From a virus (taxonomy: Duplodnaviria > Caudoviricetes): DNA of 59,795 bases. Made by a program: the position numbers and the translations under genes. The stretch's first letter is position 1; every line of letters starts with the position of its first letter. Location: positions 1 through 59,795 of IMG/VR virus record IMGVR_UViG_3300030098_003320, one strand, 5' to 3'. Positions 9,355-16,815 of the stretch are shown in pieces. The notes beneath the pieces were generated by a model, which was not told the DNA's origin, made no database searches, and saw only the letters and a list, made by a program, of their open reading frames with translations.

Positions 9355-9963
9355 TTAAAGTTGGGATTGAATGAACTCGGATGCCTTAACGATACGGGCG
9401 GTCGGCTTGTCCATATCGTCCAAGAGAGCTTTCGCAGACGCTAGAAGGTCCGCGTCGATCTCTGAGGCGTTGTCGCCTTCTACCTGCTTGATGACGGCCT
9501 CAAGCTCGGCCCGTGCTTCGTTATAAAGGTCTTCTCCGTTCGTAGGCAGATCGAAGACTTCTGCCTTGCCTGTAATCCATAGCTGAAGACCTAAGCCATG
9601 AAGACCTGACGCTTTTACGAACGCACGTTGATATGCGTCTTGGGTATTTCGAGCATCGCACTTCACTGCTTTGAAGCGGTGATCCATGACCGCAAGCTTG
9701 GCCGTCTGCGATACGCCACGAATTGTGACGGTAACGGAAACCAGACCCGTACCGTCAGGCAGGATTTCTAATGGGTGGTCTTCACGGTCGTAGTGTCCTG
9801 CATACTTCTGCATAAGGATATGATGAACGACCGACCATGGGATGTAGAGCGGATTGAACCCGCCACTACCGCCCTTACGTTGAGCGTATTCCGACACGTC
9901 TATGGCAGAGAGTTCCTGCCAGATCTCTAAACCCCAATTCTTAGCGGGCATCGGAGTCCTCAC
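9355..9963 (-). CDS. Sak/Rad52-like single-strand annealing protein (A)
   Basis: YIPWS, PDGTG.VSVTV, LAVMD.R, RAFVKA..HGLGL.L. Confidence 0.8.
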   Translation of the reverse strand: MRTPMPAKNWGLEIWQELSAIDVSEYAQRKGGSGGFNPLYIPWSVVHHILMQKYAGHYDREDHPLEILPDGTGLVSVTVTIRGVSQTAKLAVMDHRFKAVKCDARNTQDAYQRAFVKASGLHGLGLQLWITGKAEVFDLPTNGEDLYNEARAELEAVIKQVEGDNASEIDADLLASAKALLDDMDKPTARIVKASEFIQSQL

Positions 9964-10108
9964 TTTCTTTCTTATCTACTTCGTACTCAATGGTCGATTC
10001 CCGCGCAAACTTTTCCCAGTCGCGTTGGAGCACCCCGAACAATTCGTTCATCACGCGAAGCTGATAATCGTCGTTGCGGGATAGCTTCTTGATGTCGTCG
10101 TCAGTCAT
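9941..10108 (-). CDS. Hypothetical protein
   Basis: Strong RBS AGGAGA before ATG. Confidence 0.45.
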   Translation of the reverse strand: MTDDDIKKLSRNDDYQLRVMNELFGVLQRDWEKFARESTIEYEVDKKESEDSDAR

Positions 10109-10259
10109 GGCGTTTTGTCTCCTGGCGTACTCGGCGTTGAAGGGCTTCAAAAACTCTTTTGCACTGCTCTAGTTGATCTTCCAAGTCATGGACGCGCTCG
10201 GACAGAACGCGCCCTAGGTGGCTGAGATCTCGAATTAGCTTCTCCTGGTCGTCACTCAT
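10101..10259 (-). CDS. Hypothetical coiled-coil protein
   Basis: Overlapping operon packing. Confidence 0.45.
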   Translation of the reverse strand: MSDDQEKLIRDLSHLGRVLSERVHDLEDQLEQCKRVFEALQRRVRQETKRHD

Positions 10260-10437
10260 CGTCGAGATCGACCGCAGAATCAAGGTAATCGGATATCTGC
10301 TCAAAGTATTTTGAGCGCATCCGCATCGAATTTTCGTATGACCTGCCGTCGTTCGGATCGCTTTGACCCAAGCGATAGGTCCAGATGCCGTATTGAATGA
10401 TTGCCTTCATCAGCAGGTCGCGTTGTTCCTTACTCAT
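10252..10437 (-). CDS. Hypothetical protein
   Basis: Overlapping operon packing. Confidence 0.45.
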   Translation of the reverse strand: MSKEQRDLLMKAIIQYGIWTYRLGQSDPNDGRSYENSMRMRSKYFEQISDYLDSAVDLDDE

Positions 10438-10642
10438 CGGCAGTATCCTCGAGGAACCTCCACGAACCTAAAAGATATTCGCAGACGATATCTGGGATCT
10501 TACCGCCAGATAAGTAACGGTATACGGACGATGGATGCCTGACGATTCGGGTTTTCGACCATTTCTCAATAGACAATCCGCTATCGGCAATTCGTTGCCT
10601 GAGTTCGGTTCTTGCCCATTCTTGGGTATCGATTTCTGACAC
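10430..10642 (-). CDS. Cro/XRE-like HTH regulator (A)
   Basis: R.PSSVYRYLSG..IP; homolog 45462-45689; first gene after a promoter. Confidence 0.6.
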   Translation of the reverse strand: MSEIDTQEWARTELRQRIADSGLSIEKWSKTRIVRHPSSVYRYLSGGKIPDIVCEYLLGSWRFLEDTADE

Positions 10643-10663
10643 AATGTCTCCTGTTAGGGTAGG

Positions 10664-10691
10664 AATTTAACACGATATTGTCCGATATCAA
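10664..10691 (-). promoter_or_regulatory. Sigma70-like promoter with palindromic operator
   Basis: Minus strand TTGATA-16-TAAATT with extended TG; overlaps palindrome GATAT-N6-ATATC. Confidence 0.5.
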
Positions 10692-10710
10692 CTACCTATA
10701 TGATAGCGAA

Positions 10711-10905
10711 CTACCTGCCTGTCCGCCCCGCCTGGCGCGTTTTGCGTCGGGATTCTGCCTGTTTTCTCCACTTGGCGCGGGCTTTCTTTCGCGCTCGGTT
10801 TCGGCTCGAGTCCATCAGGAACTCAGCGATTGCTACCGCGACCAGGAATGTCATGGCGACAGCGTAAGCGAACGCAAGCAAGGTGACGTTATCTGTAGTC
10901 GTCAT
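10711..10905 (-). CDS. Small membrane protein with basic tail
   Basis: One TM segment followed by an R/K-rich stretch. Confidence 0.45.
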   Translation of the reverse strand: MTTTDNVTLLAFAYAVAMTFLVAVAIAEFLMDSSRNRARKKARAKWRKQAESRRKTRQAGRTGR

Positions 10906-11531
10906 ATCAAATCTCCCCATTGTACGGCCATCGCGTCAGCGATGCCTTGTGGTGTGATACTTCGCTTTTTTGCTCTATCCGCGCTTGGTCCCATTAGCCA
11001 GACTTCTTGCCTTCTGCCTTCCACAATGTCAGTGGGCACCAACGGCGGGAAACCCTTAATCCATAGTCCAGTTTTCTTTTGGGTGCCTTGTCCAAACTGC
11101 CATGGCTGTATGTACTGAGGTCGCGGTAAATCCAATCCGATCCCGCGCAATTCAGGCCATTGTTCGTAACTGTTCAGGATCCCAACGGGGTTTTCGATTG
11201 CTACCTTGTCGGCACTATCCCAAATAGCCTTCACAAACTCAATAGCTTGCCGTTGCCTACCGTCTTTCCGTTTATCTGCGAAGTACCGTGCACCACTGAC
11301 AGCTAGATGAGTGCATGGAGGAAATCCGATAATGGCTTCCCATTCTCGCGATCCAAGAACGTCTAGCAAATCACCTTGGATATGCTTGCCGTATACGTCG
11401 CCTTCACTCGGCAAAATGTCACATGATATGACGTTTAAATCGGGACGAACTCGTTGCATGGCATCTCGAACCCTACCGCTGTACTCGCAAGCAATAAGAA
11501 CCGATTTTCTCTTCGTTCGGTTCATACTCAA
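10902..11531 (-). CDS. Compact phage DNA cytosine methyltransferase-like protein
   Basis: LIACEYSG, FPPCTHL and ENP motifs. Confidence 0.75.
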   Translation of the reverse strand: MSMNRTKRKSVLIACEYSGRVRDAMQRVRPDLNVISCDILPSEGDVYGKHIQGDLLDVLGSREWEAIIGFPPCTHLAVSGARYFADKRKDGRQRQAIEFVKAIWDSADKVAIENPVGILNSYEQWPELRGIGLDLPRPQYIQPWQFGQGTQKKTGLWIKGFPPLVPTDIVEGRRQEVWLMGPSADRAKKRSITPQGIADAMAVQWGDLI

Positions 11532-11782
11532 ACTCCCATTACGGGAATAATGGATAGGTTTTTCATGTTCGTGTGGATTGCACCACCATCGTTACCTTCA
11601 TCGTCGGACGTTGGTGTCAGCCAGATTTTGTTATCTAGCTGAATCGATATTGGACGTTGGTGCCAGTAAGCTTCATCAGCTTCCGACAAACTCAGGTATT
11701 CGACGGCGGTAATCGTTCTGCCTACCAATGCTTCCGCGATTTTAGCTTCCCAAGCCTTTTCGTTCTTCTCAGCTGCGGTCAT
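11528..11782 (-). CDS. Hypothetical early protein
   Basis: RBS AGGAGA; P.SDDEGNDGGA motif. Confidence 0.6.
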   Translation of the reverse strand: MTAAEKNEKAWEAKIAEALVGRTITAVEYLSLSEADEAYWHQRPISIQLDNKIWLTPTSDDEGNDGGAIHTNMKNLSIIPVMGV

Positions 11783-11815
11783 GGCGTAATCTCCTGGATT
11801 TCAGGTTTCGTAGTG

Positions 11816-11915
11816 TTTTCGTGCAATTTCCTAGGAATCTCAAAAAAACGAAGCTCCAGGATCGCGTCTAAGACACTTCGGAAGTGTTCCGAGGGGTTTA
11901 GGTAGGGTGAAAATC
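11816..11915. promoter_or_regulatory. Conserved non-coding element (homolog at 47829-47928)
   Basis: TCGGA-N5-TCCGA palindrome overlapping CCGAGGGGTYTAGGTAGGGT, shared with B. Confidence 0.65.
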
Positions 11916-11929
11916 AGCTTAAACGCAAA

Positions 11930-11973
11930 TGGGACGGCAGGAATCGAACCCGCAACTACAGCCATTCGTCCCG
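11930..11973 (-). ncRNA. tRNA-like minihelix 1 (acceptor stem + T-arm)
   Basis: C-GGGACG-13nt-GCGGG TTCGATT CCTGC-CGTCCC-A. Confidence 0.6.
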
Positions 11974-11979
11974 TCAATT

Positions 11980-12534
11980 CTAGTATTCCCTAGCGAAAAG
12001 GTGATAGTCGTATGAGGTGTTGAGAATGTTTTCTTTCTCCATTCCCATAGTTTCGTCTGCTATAATCCTAGCAGTCTCTAAGAGTTGTTCCTCAAACAAT
12101 GTGTCGGGCTCATCGAACATTTTGATTAAAGCTTTTTCAACCGTCTCGAATTTCGTGATAAACTCTGAAAACTCATCTCCTACATGGTCATCACGAATTA
12201 GCACATTGAAGTGTGCTAGGGTTTGATCGAAGCGGTCGCCGTTCGGATAGAACGAATCGAAGTAACCGTCTCGGCTTTCTTGCCAGTATTCGTCCCGAAT
12301 GTTTTCGATAATGAATAGACCTGATGGATCGATTTCGCGGATCCGCTCAAGAATGTATTCCGCGTTTCCTTCTTCAAAATCTTTCAAGAGAATGTCAATC
12401 CAGTGCTCGTCTGGATGATCAGTCAGAAACAGAGAAGACTTTCTATGTCTCTGCTCTAGCTGAAGCTCCCAAGTATTGAACGGTAGCGATTGTGCCAACG
12501 TGGAAAGTTGGTCTTTGTCCATTGTTACTAGCAT
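11980..12534 (-). CDS. Highly acidic early protein
   Basis: RBS AGGAGACAAAACGCC-ATG; very D/E-rich. Confidence 0.65.
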   Translation of the reverse strand: MLVTMDKDQLSTLAQSLPFNTWELQLEQRHRKSSLFLTDHPDEHWIDILLKDFEEGNAEYILERIREIDPSGLFIIENIRDEYWQESRDGYFDSFYPNGDRFDQTLAHFNVLIRDDHVGDEFSEFITKFETVEKALIKMFDEPDTLFEEQLLETARIIADETMGMEKENILNTSYDYHLFAREY

Positions 12535-12546
12535 GGCGTTTTGTCT

Positions 12547-12602
12547 CCTGTTGCCTGTTGCCTGTTGCCTGTTGCCTGTTGCCTGTTGCCTGTTGCCTGT
12601 TG
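12547..12602. repeat. Microsatellite (CCTGTTG)x8
   Basis: Eight perfect copies counted. Confidence 0.95.
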
Positions 12603-12634
12603 AAAGTTCACGTCTGCGGGTTCGTAGCCCGCAA

Positions 12635-12675
12635 TGGGGTGGCGGGAATTGCACCCGCCCGATGCTATTACCCCG
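12635..12675 (-). ncRNA. tRNA-like minihelix 2
   Basis: C-GGGGT-10nt-GGCGGG TGCAATT CCCGCC-ACCCC-A. Confidence 0.55.
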
Positions 12676-12685
12676 ACTGCACTGC

Positions 12686-13081
12686 CTACCCAAGAATCCT
12701 TTGGATTTTGGTAAGCTTGTTTGTGGCCTCCATTGCTTTCGTGCGCCAGTCGTAGCGGCTCATGTCAAACCTAGACTCGGCTCGTTCAGCGCGTCCCTTC
12801 CAATACGCCACAAGTTCGTTGCCTGAAGGGAAGGCATCCCGCGCAATAACGTCATCTAGGTTCGTCGGATAGATTGAAAACCGTTCAGCCTCAGATATGG
12901 GAAGATCTCGCCATTGGGTCCCGTTCTTTCTCGGGCCTCTTCCGCGCCTCTTGAACTTTAGTTCTGGAGCGAACTCCTTGAGCATCGCGAGAAACTCCGC
13001 GCCTCTTTCGTTGTTCGGTACGTTCTCGAATAGGCTTCGCTTTTTCATCTGTCTACTATCTCCTTTTTCCGATCGGTTCAT
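12686..13081 (-). CDS. Hypothetical early protein
   Basis: RBS AAAGGAG; RRGRGPRK motif; alternative start at 13048. Confidence 0.6.
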   Translation of the reverse strand: MNRSEKGDSRQMKKRSLFENVPNNERGAEFLAMLKEFAPELKFKRRGRGPRKNGTQWRDLPISEAERFSIYPTNLDDVIARDAFPSGNELVAYWKGRAERAESRFDMSRYDWRTKAMEATNKLTKIQRILG

Positions 13082-13121
13082 GCTCTTTCTTCTCCTTTGG
13101 TTTAGGTGTCCAGTGAAAGAA

Positions 13122-13163
13122 TGGGACGGCGGGATTTGCACCCGCCTATGCTCTATCGTCCCG
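13122..13163 (-). ncRNA. tRNA-like minihelix 3
   Basis: C-GGGACG-11nt-GCGGG TGCAAAT CCCGC-CGTCCC-A. Confidence 0.6.
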
Positions 13164-13509
13164 AAGTGTTGAAGGATTCGGCGAAACTTTCCTCAAGGCC
13201 GTGCAGGTCAATGTTGTCAGTGTAGGGAATTTCGTATCTGTCGTGCCCCCAAGTGCCTATGACGGTATTATGCCGTGTGTCGATCCGAACCGTTGGACCT
13301 CCAAATGCCATCAGGTAAGAAGCACCTAAGACTTCACCTGAACGACTGACCGTATATTCAACGTCTAGAATATGTTCGGTCACATATTCTGAGCACGTTA
13401 GTGCGTCCATCTCTTCAGGTGGGTATAGGTCTCGGATTTCGTCTTGATTTCCCTCAAGCACGTTTGCCCAATGTATCACGTTGGCTTGTAACTGTTCTCT
13501 ACTTGTCAT
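13153..13509 (-). CDS. Hypothetical acidic early protein
   Basis: AFGGPTVRIDT...GTWG motif, a pattern common in phage early genes. Confidence 0.6.
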   Translation of the reverse strand: MTSREQLQANVIHWANVLEGNQDEIRDLYPPEEMDALTCSEYVTEHILDVEYTVSRSGEVLGASYLMAFGGPTVRIDTRHNTVIGTWGHDRYEIPYTDNIDLHGLEESFAESFNTSGR

Positions 13510-13521
13510 GGTCTTGGTTCC

Positions 13522-13887
13522 TTATCGTTGGAAGTATGCTCTGCCATTGTTGGCAAGCATTACGGCAGAAGCGGAGTCAATTCTCCGTCCCGCTGAATCT
13601 TGGAAGTACTGATGTCCGCGCTTCGGGTTGAAGCGGAGTTCTTCCCAATTGCTAGGAATCGCGGAAGGTGCGAGCGTGAAGCTCTCGGCTCTAATCCATG
13701 CGAAGACTGCGCGATGCCCGCCCGCTAGAGTCTGTTGGAAAGCTTTCCCACTAGGCTGTTTGAAGCTTACACCGTACGCGGTGAGCTGTCCCGTGTGGGC
13801 TACCCTCCTGGCTCCTTTCGGGTAGTAAGACCAAAGGGAGTTCTGATCTTTGGCGTTGAGGTTTCGGTGTGCTTGTCGTAGCTGCAC
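13522..13887 (-). CDS. Hypothetical early protein (first gene of A early operon)
   Basis: RBS AAAGGAG; HRNL...WS and RFNP patterns. Confidence 0.6.
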   Translation of the reverse strand: MQLRQAHRNLNAKDQNSLWSYYPKGARRVAHTGQLTAYGVSFKQPSGKAFQQTLAGGHRAVFAWIRAESFTLAPSAIPSNWEELRFNPKRGHQYFQDSAGRRIDSASAVMLANNGRAYFQR

Positions 13888-13921
13888 CTTGGCGTAGTCT
13901 CCTTTATAGGATTGATACTAA

Positions 13922-13950
13922 AACTTATCAGCCTATCCGATATAGGACAA
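13922..13950 (-). promoter_or_regulatory. Early sigma70-like promoter (A)
   Basis: Minus strand TTGTCC-17-TAAGTT with extended TG; contains palindrome CCTAT-N5-ATAGG. Confidence 0.6.
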
Positions 13951-14388
13951 GGGAGAACTCGAGAAAAATTTTAGGGACAAGGGAAGGGAAGGAGAGGGAA
14001 GGAGATGCGGAGAATCTCGGAGAATCTCGGAGAGATGCGGGGGTTCCCTCATCGGGTGAACCCCCAACGCGCATAAGAACCGAATACACAAGGAGGTTCG
14101 CTACTTTCCCGAGTCATGGGGGAAGAGGCATGGGGGTGGTTCGAGTTCGTGGGGTGCAAGAACCGAAACCGCAAAACCAAGCTTTAAGCGTCTCGAATTG
14201 CTCGAAGCTGTTAGGCATCGAATCGATTCACGAGAGAGCTTAGAGAGGCGCGTGGAGGGCGAGAGACTGACTAGCGAAGCCCCATGCAATGCCCAAGACA
14301 GACCAAGCCGATTTGACCCCCCCCTCTTGTAAAAGTAGGGGGAGGAGTAATTGTCGGTTGACACACACCAATGTCCTCAATATTTCGC

Positions 14389-14416
14389 TTGACGTATGCG
14401 GCCCGTGTGGTATCGT
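14389..14416 (+). promoter_or_regulatory. Rightward sigma70-like promoter (A)
   Basis: TTGACG-16-TATCGT with extended TG, ahead of RBS AAGGAG. Confidence 0.55.
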
Positions 14417-14436
14417 TTGCTTAACAAGGAGACACT

Positions 14437-14670
14437 ATGAGCAATATGGAACTGGTTAAAAGATTGCGATCCCGTCTAAAGTTTCTTTCGGGATTAGACT
14501 GGAAGCTGATGCGTGAATCTGCCGATGCTTTGGAGCGTTCTGGTGATATGACACCTGAGTCGGTAATGGCGTATTTTACTGAGCGTGGCATCAAGCTACT
14601 GCCCTGGCAAACCAACAAGTTGTTGGGTACATCTGTTGTCGAGGAAGAGATTGAAGGGGTGCCCATTTAG
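14437..14670 (+). CDS. Hypothetical protein (homolog of 50547-50789)
   Basis: RLKF...S.DA...G..L..Q..LG conserved. Confidence 0.65.
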   Translation: MSNMELVKRLRSRLKFLSGLDWKLMRESADALERSGDMTPESVMAYFTERGIKLLPWQTNKLLGTSVVEEEIEGVPI

Positions 14671-14780
14671 TTTCCAGTGGAAGGGGGGTATGGAAGACCC
14701 CCCTACACCCCCTAAGTCCTTATAAGGCAACGAGTTTTTTCTGTATTATTTTCTAGTTTGGAAGAGGGGCTTGGAAAACT

Positions 14781-14805
14781 AGAGGAAACAAAGTAAACAG
14801 TTAAA
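14781..14805. repeat. 25-bp exact inverted copy of 8097-8121 from inside the initiator gene
   Basis: AGAGGAAACAAAGTAAACAGTTAAA is the reverse complement of 8097-8121. Confidence 0.9.
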
Positions 14806-14834
14806 ACAAAAAGAAAGATTATAGGCTAGACAGT

Positions 14835-15038
14835 TTGGACTATCCTGAAAGCACTCCTCTGTGGATTGAGTGCGACCTGTGCGAGCGGATGTGGTGCACG
14901 TTCCATGACTGTCATGTTGATGACTGTCTGTGTCCTGGGGTCACGCAGTTTGTTACGTTTGGGATAGATCCGTACAAGACTGCGAGATCTGACCCAAAGG
15001 TTCTGCTGGCGATAGCAAGTCAATCGGGGACGAGATAG
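14835..15038 (+). CDS. Small Cys/His-rich Zn-binding protein (homolog of 50892-51086)
   Basis: PLW..CDLCE..WCT.H..HV.DCLCPG...F.TFG.DPY in both phages. Confidence 0.7.
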   Translation: MDYPESTPLWIECDLCERMWCTFHDCHVDDCLCPGVTQFVTFGIDPYKTARSDPKVLLAIASQSGTR

Positions 15039-15100
15039 GTTTCGACACCTCATAGGCGTTGAGCTTGGGGTGGACGCGAGTTCGAGTCTCGCCGTCTCCA
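15026..15100 (+). ncRNA. Mini-tmRNA: tRNA-like domain only, no mRNA-like domain
   Basis: Acceptor stem GGGGACG/CGTCTCC with G3:U70 and A73; stemless D-loop AGATAGGTTTCGA; helix CACCTCA/TGGGGTG; GAC linker; T-arm GCGAG TTCGAGT CTCGC. Confidence 0.75.
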
Positions 15101-15140
15101 TAGTTGTTGTGTTGGTCGGATCAAAAACAGGTGCGTAGCC

Positions 15141-15421
15141 CATGACACATGACACGTGTCACGAGTCATGCTCTAGACACTTTTTTTGGTAGGTGTCCAA
15201 GGTGTCCACCCGTTTTACTAAACTTTTTCTATTTCTGTGTATGGAGAGGCTTTGGTTTTTTGGATGGACAGGATGGACAGGGTGGGGATTATATATTCAT
15301 AAGTCCAGTGTTTTCGGTAGGTGGCACAGGTGGCACACGTGTTTTACTACGGTGCCCCTATAATCCTCGCGGGAGAGATCCTTACTAAAAGTGCTGTGAC
15401 AGTTGTGCCAGTTGTGTCGTC
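15141..15421. repeat. Cluster of paired short iteron-like repeats in inverted arrangements
   Basis: CATGACA x2, AGGTGTCCA x2, GGATGGACA x2, AGGTGGCAC x2, CAGTTGTG x2. Confidence 0.6.
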
Positions 15422-15496
15422 GACGGTTCATTCGCTTGGCTTCAGTTGTTGTGGTATACTTAATCAGATATCTGTACCCATAGCGAGGACAAGAGG

Positions 15497-15724
15497 ATGC
15501 CGAACATCGGTGGAAAAAAGTTTCCATACACACCCGCTGGTATAGCTGCGGCCCGCGAGGCTCTTGGTGCTCAGGTTAGCGACCAAGAAAGACGAGCAAT
15601 AGAACGTGCAGAGTTAGGTGCAGCCGTTACTAGACCAGAAAGAAGAAGGCTTCGTCGTATGCTAGGAATGACTAAACGGCCAACCAGGGCAGGAACTAGT
15701 CGTTACGGTGACGTAGAAGTTTAA
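15497..15724 (+). CDS. Small basic protein
   Basis: MP.IGGKKFPYT..G N-terminus; C-terminal motif shared with 35355-35597. Confidence 0.65.
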   Translation: MPNIGGKKFPYTPAGIAAAREALGAQVSDQERRAIERAELGAAVTRPERRRLRRMLGMTKRPTRAGTSRYGDVEV

Positions 15725-15867
15725 TGCTAAGGTTGGCAGCAGGAGTTCTTATCCTACTGATAGCCCTTGCCTGTTCAGCCAGCATGAGCAACTGTTGGTA
15801 TGGCAACGAAATTGTCGTCTGTAAAAAAAACGGGAAGTATGTAGATGCCGTATCGCCTGAAAGGTAA
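15724..15867 (+). CDS. Small putative lipoprotein/exported peptide (47 aa)
   Basis: MLRLAAGVLILLIALAC signal; TAATG coupling; below the ORF-track cutoff. Confidence 0.45.
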   Translation: MLRLAAGVLILLIALACSASMSNCWYGNEIVVCKKNGKYVDAVSPER

Positions 15868-15979
15868 GTCTGTGCAAGTGCAGCTTAGTAATGGAATTTG
15901 GCGCACACTAAAAACGCACAAGACACTGGCAATGGCGCGAAAGCATCTACGGACGCTTAGAGTTAAAACAGGCAAATAA
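15845..15979 (+). CDS. Small basic protein (44 aa), homolog of 51067-51222
   Basis: MPYR....VQVQ...W.TLK.HKT...ARKH conserved in both phages. Confidence 0.7.
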   Translation: MPYRLKGKSVQVQLSNGIWRTLKTHKTLAMARKHLRTLRVKTGK

Positions 15980-16005
15980 TTAACAGGTTTTACCTAATAC
16001 TCATT

Positions 16006-16815
16006 ATGGCCCTTCTATTCCCTAATCCCGAAAGCGATTCACTAGGCTCAGACGAGCGATATCTAAACGATCCTAGGTATCAGACAGTCAGAGAATTTAT
16101 TATTAGCCGAGAAGGGTTTACCGATACCCCACACTATGATGTGAACGAATGGAGGGCTGGCTATGGCAGTGACACAATCACTGACGAAGACGGCACGATT
16201 CGTAAAGTTACAGAAGAGATGGAGTATCCAAGAGACGCTGCCGAAAGAGATCTTGACAGACGACTGACAACAGAGTTTATACCAAAGGTTAAAAGAGCGA
16301 TTGGCGAAGAAACCTTTGACTCACTCGACCCAAACACGCTGGCTGTCTTAACATCTCTTGCGTACAACTACGGCCATGTAAAGCGTAGCGTTATTGATGC
16401 AGTACACTTTGGTGATCGCGAAGCCCTTGCAATGGCCGTACAAGAATTAAATCCCGAGCGTACAGACCTTGTGGGGCGCAGAGCAACAGAAGCAGACTTT
16501 ATTCGCGCATGGTCTCCTGACGAGGAAGTGTCGGCTATAACCGCGTTTACTGAGGCTCCCGAAAACGATGGATTTGAAGGTGTCCCCTATGCGCTTCCTG
16601 AAAATATTAAAGGTCGTCAGGATCTTGATGTGTTAAGCGGACTGCTCGCTATGAATCCCAAAGGTATGTACGGCGGTCCTCAGTTAATACCTATGGATAA
16701 TCAGTTGCAGGCTGGACCCTCGCTTATACCGATACCAGGCTTTGGCCCACCAAGCCTTGATCGCAGTGTGATAGGTCGGACACGAAGGATGAAGGGGCTG
16801 TTAGCTGACCAGTAA
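16006..16815 (+). CDS. Lysozyme-like (GH24-type) protein, probably virion-associated
   Basis: REGF...HYD..W..GYG, LTSLAYNYG and RR..EA motifs; low-complexity C-terminus. Confidence 0.7.
   Translation: MALLFPNPESDSLGSDERYLNDPRYQTVREFIISREGFTDTPHYDVNEWRAGYGSDTITDEDGTIRKVTEEMEYPRDAAERDLDRRLTTEFIPKVKRAIGEETFDSLDPNTLAVLTSLAYNYGHVKRSVIDAVHFGDREALAMAVQELNPERTDLVGRRATEADFIRAWSPDEEVSAITAFTEAPENDGFEGVPYALPENIKGRQDLDVLSGLLAMNPKGMYGGPQLIPMDNQLQAGPSLIPIPGFGPPSLDRSVIGRTRRMKGLLADQ

Noticed and set aside
12476-12826. ORFs translating the 7-mer repeat, and the extension of the acidic gene to 12693
   Set aside because: Artefacts of the microsatellite; a strong RBS and ATG lie at 12534
11930-15100. Canonical tRNA genes or a full-length tmRNA
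   Set aside because: No anticodon or D arms; no tag ORF or pseudoknots between the tmRNA-like ends
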